The notes beneath the pieces are model-generated. The model did not search any database. It saw only the letters and a program-made list of their open reading frames with translations, and was not told the DNA's origin. Source: a virus (taxonomy: Duplodnaviria; Caudoviricetes). From it: 64,000 nt of DNA. A program made the translations under genes and the position numbers. Numbering within the stretch: the first letter of the stretch is position 1; each line of letters opens with the position of its first letter. The stretch lies in IMG/VR virus record IMGVR_UViG_3300021600_000393, positions 1 to 64,000 of that record; one strand, 5' to 3'. Positions 23,264 to 33,801 of this stretch are shown here, in pieces.

Positions 23264-23722
23264 CTAAATATTGATAATTACAAAATCACTAGATGCAAAA
23301 CTATCGGATGTTACTTGATAGTCAATTCTTATTTTTGCGGTATGTTCTTTTTCTGCAATTCCGGGCACCGTAAATGTTTTTTCTCCGTTAGCATCAATAT
23401 ACGTACCTTTATTTTCTTCACCGTCAGACGCTGCCGTAATTGAAATATTTTGTAAAGTTAATTGTGGTAAATATTCGCCAACAGTTTCCCGTATTTCAAA
23501 TTCAATTTGTGAAAATGTTTGAGCGTCAATAGGTTCAAAAATATATTCATATAGTCTAGTCCCAAAATTAGGCATATAATATCTAGTACCTTTTCTTGTT
23601 AATAACAAATGTATTAAATTACTTCTTATTTCTTCATCAGAAGTAAGTGTTAAATTTAAATAATCTCCGTATTGAGAGTCATTAAATGGGAAACTAACCC
23701 CATATGTTTTTCCAAACGCCAT
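23264..23722 (-). CDS. gp25: Baseplate wedge protein gp25-like (GPW/gp25)
   Basis: IRSNLIHLLLTRKGTRYYMPNFGTRLYEYIFEP is the gp25 signature. Confidence 0.9.
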   Translation of the reverse strand: MAFGKTYGVSFPFNDSQYGDYLNLTLTSDEEIRSNLIHLLLTRKGTRYYMPNFGTRLYEYIFEPIDAQTFSQIEFEIRETVGEYLPQLTLQNISITAASDGEENKGTYIDANGEKTFTVPGIAEKEHTAKIRIDYQVTSDSFASSDFVIINI

Positions 23723-23783
23723 TAATGATAAATATAGTGTCGTCTTTTTTTATTCGAGAAAGAAGATATAAAATTAAACTATA

Positions 23784-26210
23784 TTATGATGAACATCCAA
23801 AACATTCAAAATCAGAATCTAACCCTTTTTTACTGTTTGGAACGTAATCATACGTCATTGTTTTTACTGGAGTCGTTAAAGGTTTTTCTATTTTTGACAT
23901 GTCCAACGCTAAATGTTTTGCTCCTGTTGAAATCGCTTTTGTTCTAACATAATAACATAAAGTTTTTAGTCCTTTTTCCCAAGAATGAAAATGTGATGAC
24001 GTAATTTTAGATAAAGTCGGATTAGACATATAAATATTCATTGATTGTGATTGGTCAATAAATGGTGCTCTATCCGCTGACATATCAATAAGTTCCTTTT
24101 GTGAAATCTCCCAAATTGTTTTATATTTAGGAATTAAATGTTCAATTCTTTTTACTTTTTTATTGTAATTTTTATCTTCAACATCTAAATGATTATTAAA
24201 ATTAATATTTTGTATAGACCCCTCATTTAATATGATTTCATTTTTTAATTCTTCGCTCCAAATACCAATTTTTTCAAAATCATTAATTAAATATTTGTTT
24301 ACAATTGTAATTTCGCCACCAACAACTCTTCTATTAAATAACGCAGAGTGAGCTGGTTCAGTCATTTCAAATGAACCTGTTATTTTAGCCGAAGACGCGA
24401 CCGGCATTTGAGCGGTTAATAAACTATTACAAACTCCAAATAATTTAACTTCTTCTTTAAGTTTGTCCCAATCCCATAATCCACTTAAATCATTTTTAGA
24501 TAATCCCCACATATCAAATTGAAATTCACCTGATTCCATTGGAGACCCTTTAAAGAACTTATAAGGTTCTCTAATACCTTGTTTACATAAACTATTACTT
24601 TCGGTTATTGCCGCATAATAAATTGTTTCAAATATATTTTTATTTAATAATTTAGCTTCACTAGAAGTAAAAACATAATCCATTATGTAAAAAACGTCAG
24701 CCAAACCTTGAATTCCAATCGCAATTGCTCTTTGTTCTAACCCACCTTTTAATCCTTTATCTGTCGAATAACTATTTATATCAATTACATTATTTAACGC
24801 CCTTACAACTTTTCTTGTTTCGTTTAATAATAATTGATAATCAAATTTACCATCAATTACAAAATTCTTTAACACCATTGATGAAAGAGTACATATTGCG
24901 GTAGTTGTTTCATCCGTAAATTGATAAATTTCACAACATAAATTACTTTGTTTAATGGTCCCAATATTTTTATGATTACTTTTACGGTTAGCACTATCTT
25001 TGGCGGATAAATAAGGAACTCCAGTTTCAACTTGAGATTCAATTATTTTACTCCAAATATCTTGAGCTTTAACTTTTTTACCAATTCCTAAAGAAACCGC
25101 TTTATTATAGTTTTCTTCATACTCAGCATCATAACATTCTTGTAATGGTTTAATACCAGATTTAATTATTTCATTTGGACAAAACAAATACCAGTCTTGG
25201 TTATTTTTTACCGCTTTCATAAAATTATCAGGTATCCATAATGCAGTAAATAAATCTCTCGCTCTTAATTCTTCGGCACCAGTATTTTTCTTTATTTCCA
25301 ACAAATCCATAATATCTTTATGCCAAGGCTCAATATAAATTGCCGCACTTCCTGGTCTTCTACCTTGTTGGTTAAAAAATCTTAAAGACTCGTTAACAAT
25401 TTTTAAATATTTTAATAACCCACCAGCATATCCACCAGAAGAATTAATTCTACTTTCTTTACTTCTAATATTTGACATTGATAATCCAATACCGGCAGCG
25501 TCTGACGAATAAGTCGAAATATCATTTAATGTTTGTAATAACCCATTTCTTGAATCTGAATTGTTATAATGTAACACACATGACGCTAATTGAGGTACTT
25601 TTGTACCAGAATTAATCATAATTGGAGTTGCGGGAGAAATAAGTTGGTTTGATAACGAATTATAATATTCAATAGCCTCTTCATAAGTATTTGTAACCCA
25701 TAATGAAACCCTCATGTACATATGTTGAGGTCTTTCTACAACTTTACCTTGAGGATTTTTTAATAAATACATTTCAGATAACGACCTCCAAGCAAAATAA
25801 TCAAAGTTATAATCATTGTCATGATTAATAACAGAATCAATATTATTTTCTCCGTATTTTTCTATAATTTCAATTAATTTTTTATGAATTATATTATCGG
25901 AATACAATTCTTTCATAGTTTCACAAAAACTTGGATTTGTTTCTTTATGATAAGAAGAAATAGCAACTGATGACGCCAATCTAGAATAATCATGATGACT
26001 TCCGGTGTAAGACGCCGCGATTTCATATACAAGTTTATCTAATTCTTTAGTAGTTATAACCCCTTCTGTTGGTACCGAAGTAATTACTTTAATAAAAACT
26101 TCATCTGAATTAACACTTAAACCTTTTGAAGATTTTTTAATTCTATTATATATTTTTTGTGGGTTAAATGAAACATCGTCCCCATCTCGTTTTTTTATTT
26201 TTAATGACAT
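23784..26210 (-). CDS. nrdA: Ribonucleotide reductase class Ia alpha subunit with ATP cone
   Basis: N-terminal ATP cone (IKKRDG...FNPQKI), ATP..NSG, QLASC, SNLCCEI, MPVASS, KTLCYYVR and C-terminal CxxC (ECFGCSS). Confidence 0.97.
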   Translation of the reverse strand: MSLKIKKRDGDDVSFNPQKIYNRIKKSSKGLSVNSDEVFIKVITSVPTEGVITTKELDKLVYEIAASYTGSHHDYSRLASSVAISSYHKETNPSFCETMKELYSDNIIHKKLIEIIEKYGENNIDSVINHDNDYNFDYFAWRSLSEMYLLKNPQGKVVERPQHMYMRVSLWVTNTYEEAIEYYNSLSNQLISPATPIMINSGTKVPQLASCVLHYNNSDSRNGLLQTLNDISTYSSDAAGIGLSMSNIRSKESRINSSGGYAGGLLKYLKIVNESLRFFNQQGRRPGSAAIYIEPWHKDIMDLLEIKKNTGAEELRARDLFTALWIPDNFMKAVKNNQDWYLFCPNEIIKSGIKPLQECYDAEYEENYNKAVSLGIGKKVKAQDIWSKIIESQVETGVPYLSAKDSANRKSNHKNIGTIKQSNLCCEIYQFTDETTTAICTLSSMVLKNFVIDGKFDYQLLLNETRKVVRALNNVIDINSYSTDKGLKGGLEQRAIAIGIQGLADVFYIMDYVFTSSEAKLLNKNIFETIYYAAITESNSLCKQGIREPYKFFKGSPMESGEFQFDMWGLSKNDLSGLWDWDKLKEEVKLFGVCNSLLTAQMPVASSAKITGSFEMTEPAHSALFNRRVVGGEITIVNKYLINDFEKIGIWSEELKNEIILNEGSIQNINFNNHLDVEDKNYNKKVKRIEHLIPKYKTIWEISQKELIDMSADRAPFIDQSQSMNIYMSNPTLSKITSSHFHSWEKGLKTLCYYVRTKAISTGAKHLALDMSKIEKPLTTPVKTMTYDYVPNSKKGLDSDFECFGCSS

Positions 26211-26230
26211 AGTTCTCTTAATATAATAAA

Positions 26231-27178
26231 TTAAAAATCAGAATCAAAGGTTAATGTCTCATTTAATTTTGCTTTTTGATATTCCATAGTTCTGGACTCA
26301 AAAAAGTTCCCTTTTGTTTCAATTGCAATTTGTTCCATAAATTTAAATGGTTGTTCAACATTAAATACTTTTTTACATCCAAATTTAACTAATAAACCAT
26401 CAGTTACAAATTCAAGATATTGTTTCATTAAATTTGAATTCATCCCAATTAAAGAAACAGGTAAAGATTCCGTAATAAATTCTTTTTCTATTTCTAACGC
26501 AGAAAGTAAAATTTCTTTAATCTTATTTTCACTTGGTTTATTTTCAATATGGTTGTTTATTAAGTGTATAGCAAAATCACAATGTAAATTTTCATCTTTA
26601 AATATTAATGAATTAGCATTACAAAGACCTTGCATAACCCCTCTAGATTTTAACCAAAAAATAGAACAAAATGAACCGGAAAAGAAAATACCTTCAACCG
26701 CGGCGAACGCAATTAATCTTTCTTGAAATGTTGAATTTTTAATCCAACTTAAAGCCCAAGTTGATTTCTTTTGAACCGCAGGTAATCTATCAATTGCATG
26801 AAAACATTCATCTTTTTCATTAGGATTTGACACATACGTATCAATTAATAATGAATACATTAATGAATGTATATTTTCCATCATGATTTGAAACCCATAA
26901 AAGAATTTAGCCTCAGGATATTGAACTTCTTTTAAAAAGTTTTCTGCCAAATTTTCGTTGACAATCCCATCAGAAGCCGCAAAAAACGATAATATATTTT
27001 TTACAAAATATTTTTCATTTTCTGACAAGTTTTCCCAATCACGAATGTCATTTGACAAATCCACTTCTTCGGCGGTCCAAAAAGCGGCTTGGTGTTGTTT
27101 ATAATATTCCCATATATCATTGTGTTGTATTGGGAAAATAACAAATCTATCTTTGTTTTCTTTTAGTATTTTTTCCAT
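26231..27178 (-). CDS. nrdB: Ribonucleotide reductase class Ia beta subunit
   Basis: [45 protein letters not shown] and NFFE motifs. Confidence 0.97.
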   Translation of the reverse strand: MEKILKENKDRFVIFPIQHNDIWEYYKQHQAAFWTAEEVDLSNDIRDWENLSENEKYFVKNILSFFAASDGIVNENLAENFLKEVQYPEAKFFYGFQIMMENIHSLMYSLLIDTYVSNPNEKDECFHAIDRLPAVQKKSTWALSWIKNSTFQERLIAFAAVEGIFFSGSFCSIFWLKSRGVMQGLCNANSLIFKDENLHCDFAIHLINNHIENKPSENKIKEILLSALEIEKEFITESLPVSLIGMNSNLMKQYLEFVTDGLLVKFGCKKVFNVEQPFKFMEQIAIETKGNFFESRTMEYQKAKLNETLTFDSDF

Positions 27179-27183
27179 ATTTT

Positions 27184-28557
27184 TTAAGTTTGTCTTTGTT
27201 TTCTTTTTTCCATTAAATCTTTAACTCTATCACGTTGTCTTTCTTCTTGTTTTTCTTCAAGTCCTAAGAAAGTAACAGAACTTTCAGTATCAATCTCAAG
27301 CATACCATTATCAAATTTACAATTTTCAAAAACAACACCATCATCACCAATCCTTGATTTTGTAATTGCGATTGTTGCTAATTTCATTTCTTTTTGTTGT
27401 AAACTCTTCGCAACAGTTATAATAACGTGACCCACTTGGGCCTTTTTAATTGACCCTCCCATTTGGTCAGTAGTAACTACTTCAGAAGAAATAGAACTAC
27501 GATTTCCTTGAGTTGCTGTCCACCCAACTAAATCCATTTCATGACACATTGCTTCAAAAGCTCTCATTACAGACCCTTCAGACTTCCATTCGTCCCCCAA
27601 ATTTTTATCTGGAACAACACAATCAATATAATCTAAAGTAACCATATCAATTTTAATACCGTCAGCAACCATTTTACGAATTTGGTTTTTAATCTGTAAC
27701 ATAGTCATTGTATCTGATGGTAATTTTTTTAAAATTAAATGATTTGGCATCGCCTCTTTTATTTCATTAACTTTAGTCATTACTTCTTCTTTTCTCAATG
27801 TCAACTCATCCGGATGTATTTTAGTCCACAATGTAATATGTTTTCTTTGAATAATTTTTGGATTATCTTCAAAAAATAATTGTAAAACATTATATCCTAA
27901 GTTAAATGCGTGATTTGTAATTTTAGTCATTAGAGTGGTTTTACCGACTCCTGTTGGCGCAAGTATAACACCTATCTCCCCTTTAGCTAAACCACCTTTA
28001 AGTAGTCTATCAATACCTGAAATACCCATTGGAATTGGGTGACGGTAATCTTCATTTAAAACATCATCCAAATTAGAAAACGCATCAAGTAATCCGTCTC
28101 CTTTTGTACCAACTTGTATTGCTTCTCTAATTAATTCTTCAGCCTTATCATAATTTTCAAACTCACCACCATCAATTATTTTTTGAACTTTAACCATGGC
28201 TTTTTGAAGTTCTTGTTGTTTACAAAACTTCATTCCTTTTTCTTGAACAAAACCTAAACCACTACTTGGAGCTTCTTTTATTTTTGTTAAAGTATCTAAA
28301 ACTATTTTTGAAGCTAGTTCTTGTTGTAATTCAACTTTGGTTATTTGTTCTAATGTTTCAAATGACGGAGTATGTTCAAATTTAACATAATATTCTTTAA
28401 TCATTTGAATTATGATTTTAAAATATTTGTTTTCAAAATAATCAGATTCAATAACATCAATTATTGACCTACCGAATTCTTTATCAATTATGATTTGATT
28501 TAAAAGTTGTAACTGAAAAACGCTACCTAAATATTCAAAATTTTTACCAGTTCCCAT
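27184..28557 (-). CDS. dnaB: Replicative DnaB-like helicase (T4 gp41-like)
   Basis: Walker A APTGVGKT, Walker [16 protein letters not shown] and KSR motifs. Confidence 0.92.
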   Translation of the reverse strand: MGTGKNFEYLGSVFQLQLLNQIIIDKEFGRSIIDVIESDYFENKYFKIIIQMIKEYYVKFEHTPSFETLEQITKVELQQELASKIVLDTLTKIKEAPSSGLGFVQEKGMKFCKQQELQKAMVKVQKIIDGGEFENYDKAEELIREAIQVGTKGDGLLDAFSNLDDVLNEDYRHPIPMGISGIDRLLKGGLAKGEIGVILAPTGVGKTTLMTKITNHAFNLGYNVLQLFFEDNPKIIQRKHITLWTKIHPDELTLRKEEVMTKVNEIKEAMPNHLILKKLPSDTMTMLQIKNQIRKMVADGIKIDMVTLDYIDCVVPDKNLGDEWKSEGSVMRAFEAMCHEMDLVGWTATQGNRSSISSEVVTTDQMGGSIKKAQVGHVIITVAKSLQQKEMKLATIAITKSRIGDDGVVFENCKFDNGMLEIDTESSVTFLGLEEKQEERQRDRVKDLMEKRKQRQT

Positions 28558-28583
28558 TTTTTAATTCTCCGTTTTAATAAATA

Positions 28584-29036
28584 TTACACATCTAACTTAA
28601 CTTCCGCATATTCAAAAGACAATTCGTTCGATGAAAAAATGTCAGTTAAACTTGTCAGTAGTCTTTTTATGTGCGGGCGTATATCTACGGTGTATCTTAT
28701 CTTAGGCGGGTACACTTTAGCGTCAAACATTCTGTGACAAATTGTCATATCATTTATTTTAATATAAATGTTAAAACTTTCAGGACCATCAGTATATGAC
28801 GTATTTAATAGTTCTGGATTATCTTTAATTTCTTCTTTGTTTTCTAAAAGATAAACAACCGATTTTAATTTAAACTCAGCGCTTACCAAGTCTTTAAATT
28901 CTTTCAGAAAAAGATAAAGGTCTTCTGAATATTTTGCATTTGGATTATAATCCCTTACATTAAAAAATCTTTGGACGATTATGTTTTGATTAACCGTCAT
29001 TAAAAATTCTAATTTTGTTGAATCTAGTTCTTTCAT
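28584..29036 (-). CDS. Hypothetical protein
   Basis: 150-aa ORF coupled to the RNase H gene. Confidence 0.6.
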   Translation of the reverse strand: MKELDSTKLEFLMTVNQNIIVQRFFNVRDYNPNAKYSEDLYLFLKEFKDLVSAEFKLKSVVYLLENKEEIKDNPELLNTSYTDGPESFNIYIKINDMTICHRMFDAKVYPPKIRYTVDIRPHIKRLLTSLTDIFSSNELSFEYAEVKLDV

Positions 29037-30046
29037 ATTGTGTTATTTTTTTGATATTTATTTTTTTCTTTTCTTGTTAATTTTAAAAATGGTTTTAAAA
29101 AATAAACCCACGTATCGTCTGTTTTAGGTAAAAATTTAAAAAGTCCATCATCCATCATCATCTTCATTAAATTTTTATAACCTCTACCATCAGGGTCTAA
29201 TGTTTCTTTATAATATTCTTCAACAATTTGTTTAACTTCGTCAGTTATTAATGGTTCCGATAAATCAATAATTTTTGAGTTTGTTTCAAAAAATTTATTC
29301 CCATATATACCATTTTTTGTTCTACCAGACAATAAATTTTTAAGTGATTTGTTATTTTTATCTTCATTTAATAACGTTTCCGCCTTTATTAAAATATCAT
29401 TAAAATTTATGGGTTTTTCAAGTATTTCGGGAAATAATTTAACTAATGTTTTTTCACCTAAATAATAAATTCCATCAATATTGTCAGATTTATCTCCTGA
29501 TAATATCTTATATGTTTTAATATTTTCGTGAGGAAATTCATAATGTTTTATTCGAATTTTATCTCCGTTTTTATAGGTCACTTTACTCATTGGTGAGTAT
29601 ATAGAAACCTTTTCAGAAATTAATTGAGTTAAATCCTTATCTGAAGATACTATGGTTTTATTTTCGTCTTGAGAAATTAAACAATAATACGCAATTAAAT
29701 CGTCAGCTTCATTATTATCCTGTTCAATTTGACGTATAAAAGTTTCTTCTAAATATTGTTTAATTCTACTTTTTTGTTCGTCAAAAGAATCATTTTCCAT
29801 TTCATTAACCCCATGTCTGCGGTTTTCTTTATATTGAGGATATAAAATTTTTCTAGTTGATGAATTGTCGTCACCGTCCCACATAACAACTACTTTATCA
29901 AAGTTTTGTTCATCGATAAGTCTTCTAATAGTGTTTATAAAATACCATATTCCTCCAACATGTTTATCATTATGGTAAAAATCTTTTACTCCACAAACCC
30001 CAATTTTTAATAAATTGTTAGCGTCAATTAATAATGTTTTTGTCAC
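29033..30046 (-). CDS. rnh: 5'-3' exonuclease / T4 RNase H-like flap nuclease
   Basis: LLIDANN, WDG, YPQYKENR, EADDLIA, SSDKDLTQL and GDKSDNIDG (PIN/FEN plus H3TH motifs). Confidence 0.92.
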   Translation of the reverse strand: MTKTLLIDANNLLKIGVCGVKDFYHNDKHVGGIWYFINTIRRLIDEQNFDKVVVMWDGDDNSSTRKILYPQYKENRRHGVNEMENDSFDEQKSRIKQYLEETFIRQIEQDNNEADDLIAYYCLISQDENKTIVSSDKDLTQLISEKVSIYSPMSKVTYKNGDKIRIKHYEFPHENIKTYKILSGDKSDNIDGIYYLGEKTLVKLFPEILEKPINFNDILIKAETLLNEDKNNKSLKNLLSGRTKNGIYGNKFFETNSKIIDLSEPLITDEVKQIVEEYYKETLDPDGRGYKNLMKMMMDDGLFKFLPKTDDTWVYFLKPFLKLTRKEKNKYQKNNTI

Positions 30047-30067
30047 TTCCTTTGTTTATATTCGTTA

Positions 30068-30724
30068 CTATAAAATTTTGTTACTCTTTTTCAAATTATC
30101 TTCCGCCCATAATGGTTGAAGATTTTTATAATGACACAACTTATAAAGTTCGTCCTCTGTTTTTACCGATGATAATGGAATAATATGGTCAATATGCCAC
30201 TCACTCCTGTTATCCCAACTCATACCATTAGTAAATTGAGTTTCTAAATATTCTTTTAGAAATTGGGGGGTACAACCTACAATATCAAAAGTTTTGTTTC
30301 TTTTGGTGACATTTTTGGATTTAAGAAATCTTCTTAACCGACTTCTTACCGAACGGGCAATATTATACATCGGGTCATTAGCTCTTCTATATCTATCTTT
30401 TTCGTTAATGGAATCTCGATTATTCTTATTATTTTCAGAACGAATATTTTTATAAAATACGCGATATTTTTCATCATATTTTTTTTTATCGTCTTTATTT
30501 TGTGAATAATAATTTTTACCATATTGTAGTTTAGTTTCCCTATTTAAATAATAATACTTTTTAGAATAGTTTTTTTTTGTGTCTTGATTTAATAAGTATC
30601 GTTCTTTTCTAACTTTACTGTCACACAATTTACAAATACTAATATATTTTTCCCAATCTTGTCTATAATAAAAATTACAAACATTTTTTTCTTCCTTACA
30701 TTTAGTACAAACTTTAGTTTCCAT
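30068..30724 (-). CDS. Free-standing HNH homing endonuclease with N-terminal zinc ribbon
   Basis: CTKC...CKLC zinc ribbon, basic helical linker, and WHIDHIIPLS...LCHYKNLQPLWAEDNLKK HNH core. Confidence 0.88.
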   Translation of the reverse strand: METKVCTKCKEEKNVCNFYYRQDWEKYISICKLCDSKVRKERYLLNQDTKKNYSKKYYYLNRETKLQYGKNYYSQNKDDKKKYDEKYRVFYKNIRSENNKNNRDSINEKDRYRRANDPMYNIARSVRSRLRRFLKSKNVTKRNKTFDIVGCTPQFLKEYLETQFTNGMSWDNRSEWHIDHIIPLSSVKTEDELYKLCHYKNLQPLWAEDNLKKSNKIL

Positions 30725-30866
30725 TTTTAATATATTCTATTAATAATTTATTAACAAGAGAAGATAAGTTTATAGATTTATTTTTAAAATATTGTGGTAG
30801 TTCAGGGTCAACCGAAACACCAATTTTAACTTTTTTTTCTATTTCTTTTTTTTTCTTTCTTCCCAT
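30714..30866 (-). CDS. Small ribbon-helix-helix-like DNA-binding protein (50 aa, not in ORF track)
   Basis: Manually translated MGRKKKKEIEKKVKIGVSVDPELPQYFKNKSINLSSLVNKLLIEYIKNGN. Overlaps the HNH start. TATTTAT lies 4 nt upstream. Confidence 0.7.
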   Translation of the reverse strand: MGRKKKKEIEKKVKIGVSVDPELPQYFKNKSINLSSLVNKLLIEYIKNGN

Positions 30867-30916
30867 ACTAATAAATATCTACAAATTATAAAAAAGTAGA
30901 ATTATTACAACTTTTT

Positions 30917-31906
30917 TTATTCGTCAGAATTTTCTTCACTAGTTTCATCTAATATAATTTCCCCAGTACCGCTTAAAATAGCATTCCAATAACTAGAATA
31001 TTGTTTTTTATATTTATCTAACGCCTCTTTTGTATCCGCAATATACCCTTGAGGGACTGCAATTATTTTACCATCCTTGAATGCAATTCCTGTTACGTGA
31101 TTTTTTAATATAGAAACTTTTGTTCTAACAGCATAAGATATGGTTCTTCCATTTTTAGTTGCGGTAATATGATTTACACCAGAACTTTTTTGATTACCAA
31201 ATAAAAATACTAAAGATGAGGATAAAAATAACGCCTGACCTCCTTTAGGTTGTATTGTTGCTTGTCCGAAAGGTGAATCGGGGAGTTGAACCCAAGGTTG
31301 TACAATTACCGACATAGTGTTTAGATATGGATAATCTTCTTTTTTTGATTTTGATATTCTTGAATGAATCCCTCTACCTATTTTATCAGCTAAAACTCTA
31401 GCGTCGTGCATAGTGCCGCCTCCCCCATCAAAAGTTTGTTTACAAGGTATAGAACCTATCGAATCAATAAAAAACGCTAAATTATAAAGTATTTCACCTT
31501 TTTCTTGAGCGTCCAACAACTCATTTATATAATCAGTTAATTGTTCTATATAATCAAACGAATCATTAAAAATAAATTGTCCATCCCACTCACCATTTTC
31601 ATTTTGTTCCGCTTGTAATCCCAATTCAACACTATGTTCAAAACTCCATTTTTTTTCTGTTATGATAAACACCGGTAAGTGACCTTTTTTTTGAGCGTCT
31701 GCCGCGGCTAATATCATCGCGGTTGTTTTTGAAGAATTTGAATGTCCTAAAAACATATTAATCCCCCCCATTACAGGTCCAGGTAAACCACAAGCATCCA
31801 TAAATGCGTCACCACAATTATAAAAACTTTCGGGTTTGTATTTTGTTTTTGTTGAGAATTTCTCTTTTATATTTGAAAGAGAATTGTCTTTTTTCTTAAT
31901 CGCCAT
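30917..31906 (-). CDS. recA: RecA/UvsX-like recombinase
   Basis: P-loop-like GHSNSSKTT, FIITEKK, Walker B FFIDSIG, KGG.AL and KNH motifs. Next to SSB. Confidence 0.85.
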   Translation of the reverse strand: MAIKKKDNSLSNIKEKFSTKTKYKPESFYNCGDAFMDACGLPGPVMGGINMFLGHSNSSKTTAMILAAADAQKKGHLPVFIITEKKWSFEHSVELGLQAEQNENGEWDGQFIFNDSFDYIEQLTDYINELLDAQEKGEILYNLAFFIDSIGSIPCKQTFDGGGGTMHDARVLADKIGRGIHSRISKSKKEDYPYLNTMSVIVQPWVQLPDSPFGQATIQPKGGQALFLSSSLVFLFGNQKSSGVNHITATKNGRTISYAVRTKVSILKNHVTGIAFKDGKIIAVPQGYIADTKEALDKYKKQYSSYWNAILSGTGEIILDETSEENSDE

Positions 31907-31908
31907 GG

Positions 31909-32133
31909 TTAAATATATTTATTAAAATGGTTAATTGCGTCAAGTTTGTCTTTAGCGTTTGCTAATTTTTCAACAAATTTATCCATTTCTTCTAAATGTT
32001 GTGGGTGTTCACCAATACCAACCGGATTTGTAAAATAAATAAGTAATGTTGTTTCAGCTTCACTAATTTGAGCTTCATATTTTTTTACAAGTGATTCATA
32101 CATCATTTGTGATATTTTTTGTTCTGTTTTCAT
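31909..32133 (-). CDS. Small conserved phage protein (GIGEH motif)
   Basis: NPVGIGEHPQHLEEMDK helical hairpin, a motif recalled from T4-like phage hypothetical proteins. Confidence 0.7.
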   Translation of the reverse strand: MKTEQKISQMMYESLVKKYEAQISEAETTLLIYFTNPVGIGEHPQHLEEMDKFVEKLANAKDKLDAINHFNKYI

Positions 32134-32155
32134 AATTAAAATTAAAAATTTACAT

Positions 32156-32194
32156 AAAAAAAAGCGTGGATTAAATTAATTATAATCCACGCTT
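32156..32194 (-). terminator. Intrinsic terminator after the SSB gene
   Basis: Inverted repeat aagcgtggatta (32162-32173) / taatccacgctt (32183-32194), followed by a T-run on the minus strand. Confidence 0.8.
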
Positions 32195-32200
32195 ACTTAA

Positions 32201-33058
32201 TTAAAACGGCATTTCTGAATCTGGTTCTGAATCAGATTGTGGGTCTTTATTTGTAGTTAAAGATTTTCCACCCATGGAAACAGTACTTTCTGTTGTATTA
32301 CTATAAGCGTATTTTCCTGCTTCAGAATCCCAACGTGGAGTTTCACCTCTCGCAATTGATTCAAGATATTCAACAGGTTTTTTAGAATAAACATCATCCC
32401 AACCTAATTCATCGGTAATCCAACCACTAGAAATATCTTTACTTTTATGTAATGGAGTTGGGTCATCATGCATAATAGTTTGAATAACAGTATATGTTGC
32501 ACCTTTTGGAGTTTTTGCTTTTGCTAATTCAAGGATAATGTCTCTACCATTTTCAGGGTCAGTAATATCACCTTTTGCTCTCCAAATAGGGATAATTTTA
32601 TCTAAAACACCTTCATTTTTATAATTGTGTTTAAATCTCCAAAATTTAACTCCATCATTTTCATTATCACGGTCAATAAGTTTAACGATATAAAATTTGC
32701 GAGCTTTGTATTGTTTCGCTAATTCTTTATCAGACTCTTTACCAGTTGACATAAGTTCTTCATGAACTTCAGTTAAAGGAGAACGTTCGTTATCATTTTT
32801 TCCTGGGTCATAAAATTTTTGCCATTTACCATCTAATAAAATCTCATGAAACCAAACTTCTTTAAATGGTGAACTTCCATCGTTTGTTGGTAAAATTCTT
32901 AATTTACGCTGACCTTGTTTTTCATTATCTTTTAAGATAGCCGCGAAATATTTTTTCATTCTTTCATCTTGTGACATTTTAAAAGTGGAAGATGAACCGC
33001 TTTGTTTTGAGGTCTCATACTGAGCCAAAACTGAATCTAATGTGCTTTTTGTAGACAT
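32201..33058 (-). CDS. gp32: Single-stranded DNA-binding protein (T4 gp32-like)
   Basis: LRILP...PFKEVWFH, GVKFWRF, GDITDPENGRDIIL and an acidic C-terminal tail ending EMPF. Confidence 0.85.
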   Translation of the reverse strand: MSTKSTLDSVLAQYETSKQSGSSSTFKMSQDERMKKYFAAILKDNEKQGQRKLRILPTNDGSSPFKEVWFHEILLDGKWQKFYDPGKNDNERSPLTEVHEELMSTGKESDKELAKQYKARKFYIVKLIDRDNENDGVKFWRFKHNYKNEGVLDKIIPIWRAKGDITDPENGRDIILELAKAKTPKGATYTVIQTIMHDDPTPLHKSKDISSGWITDELGWDDVYSKKPVEYLESIARGETPRWDSEAGKYAYSNTTESTVSMGGKSLTTNKDPQSDSEPDSEMPF

Positions 33059-33088
33059 GTGTATATATATTTAAATTGTTTCACATAA

Positions 33089-33117
33089 AATATAGGCAAT
33101 AAAAAACGTTATGTCAA
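33089..33117 (-). promoter_or_regulatory. Sigma70-type promoter driving the replication module
   Basis: Minus strand reads TTGACA-N17-TATATT about 30 nt upstream of the SSB start. Confidence 0.7.
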
Positions 33118-33132
33118 TTACCATTTAAATTA

Positions 33133-33154
33133 AAAACGACCCTAAGGTCGTTTT
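33133..33154. terminator. Intrinsic terminator, possibly bidirectional
   Basis: Hairpin aaaacgacc-ctaa-ggtcgtttt right after the stop of 33159..33797. Confidence 0.75.
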
Positions 33155-33158
33155 ATTA

Positions 33159-33797
33159 TTAAATATTATTAGTTGGTTCGTTGTTTTGAAAGTTCCTAAA
33201 ACTTTTTTTGATTTCACTTGGTTGATAATTTTCAACTTCGTCTTGAGTTAGAATATATTGGTCTTTCCCAGATTTTTCAAAATCTTCTTGTTTGTCTTCA
33301 AAAAAATCGCTAAGTTTTTGATTATATGGTCCAGAATCTAATGTTCTTAATTGTATTTTTTCTTCAGGGGATTTAATTCTATATTTTTCAATTTTTGCCT
33401 CTAAACTGTTAAGTTTATTAACAATAGTATCCATATCAGATAATTTACTTTCTAAGTTAGTTAACTGACTAAATAAATTTTGAAAATACTCTTCTTGTTT
33501 TTCTTCAACATTTTTTTGTGACTTAACTAAGTCTGTAATATCAAGTTCTTCTTTTTTATCTGAATCACCATCAAGTTTTTCAACATCTGGGTCGTTTTTA
33601 ACATCCACAGGAACTGGGGGTGTTGAAGCATCACCAGTTGGTGGCGTTTCTGGAGCCGGAGGCAATAAAGGTAATTCCTCACCTGTTGGAGCGGGAGCTC
33701 CCGGATTTGGGGGTAATGCCGCATCTTGCTCACTAATATAACTATTAATACTGTTATACCTTTTTAATTCTTCTAAAATTTTTATGTCTATTTTCAT
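33159..33797 (-). CDS. Hypothetical protein with Pro-rich linker and coiled coil
   Basis: 212 aa. PPNPGAPAP segment and heptad pattern LFSQLTNLESKLSDMDTIVNKLNSLEAKIEK. Confidence 0.7.
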   Translation of the reverse strand: MKIDIKILEELKRYNSINSYISEQDAALPPNPGAPAPTGEELPLLPPAPETPPTGDASTPPVPVDVKNDPDVEKLDGDSDKKEELDITDLVKSQKNVEEKQEEYFQNLFSQLTNLESKLSDMDTIVNKLNSLEAKIEKYRIKSPEEKIQLRTLDSGPYNQKLSDFFEDKQEDFEKSGKDQYILTQDEVENYQPSEIKKSFRNFQNNEPTNNI

Positions 33798-33801
33798 TTT
33801 G

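Noticed and set aside
23784-28557. Inteins or introns in nrdA, nrdB or helicase
   Set aside because: Protein lengths are normal and motifs are contiguous. No intein or intron signatures seen.
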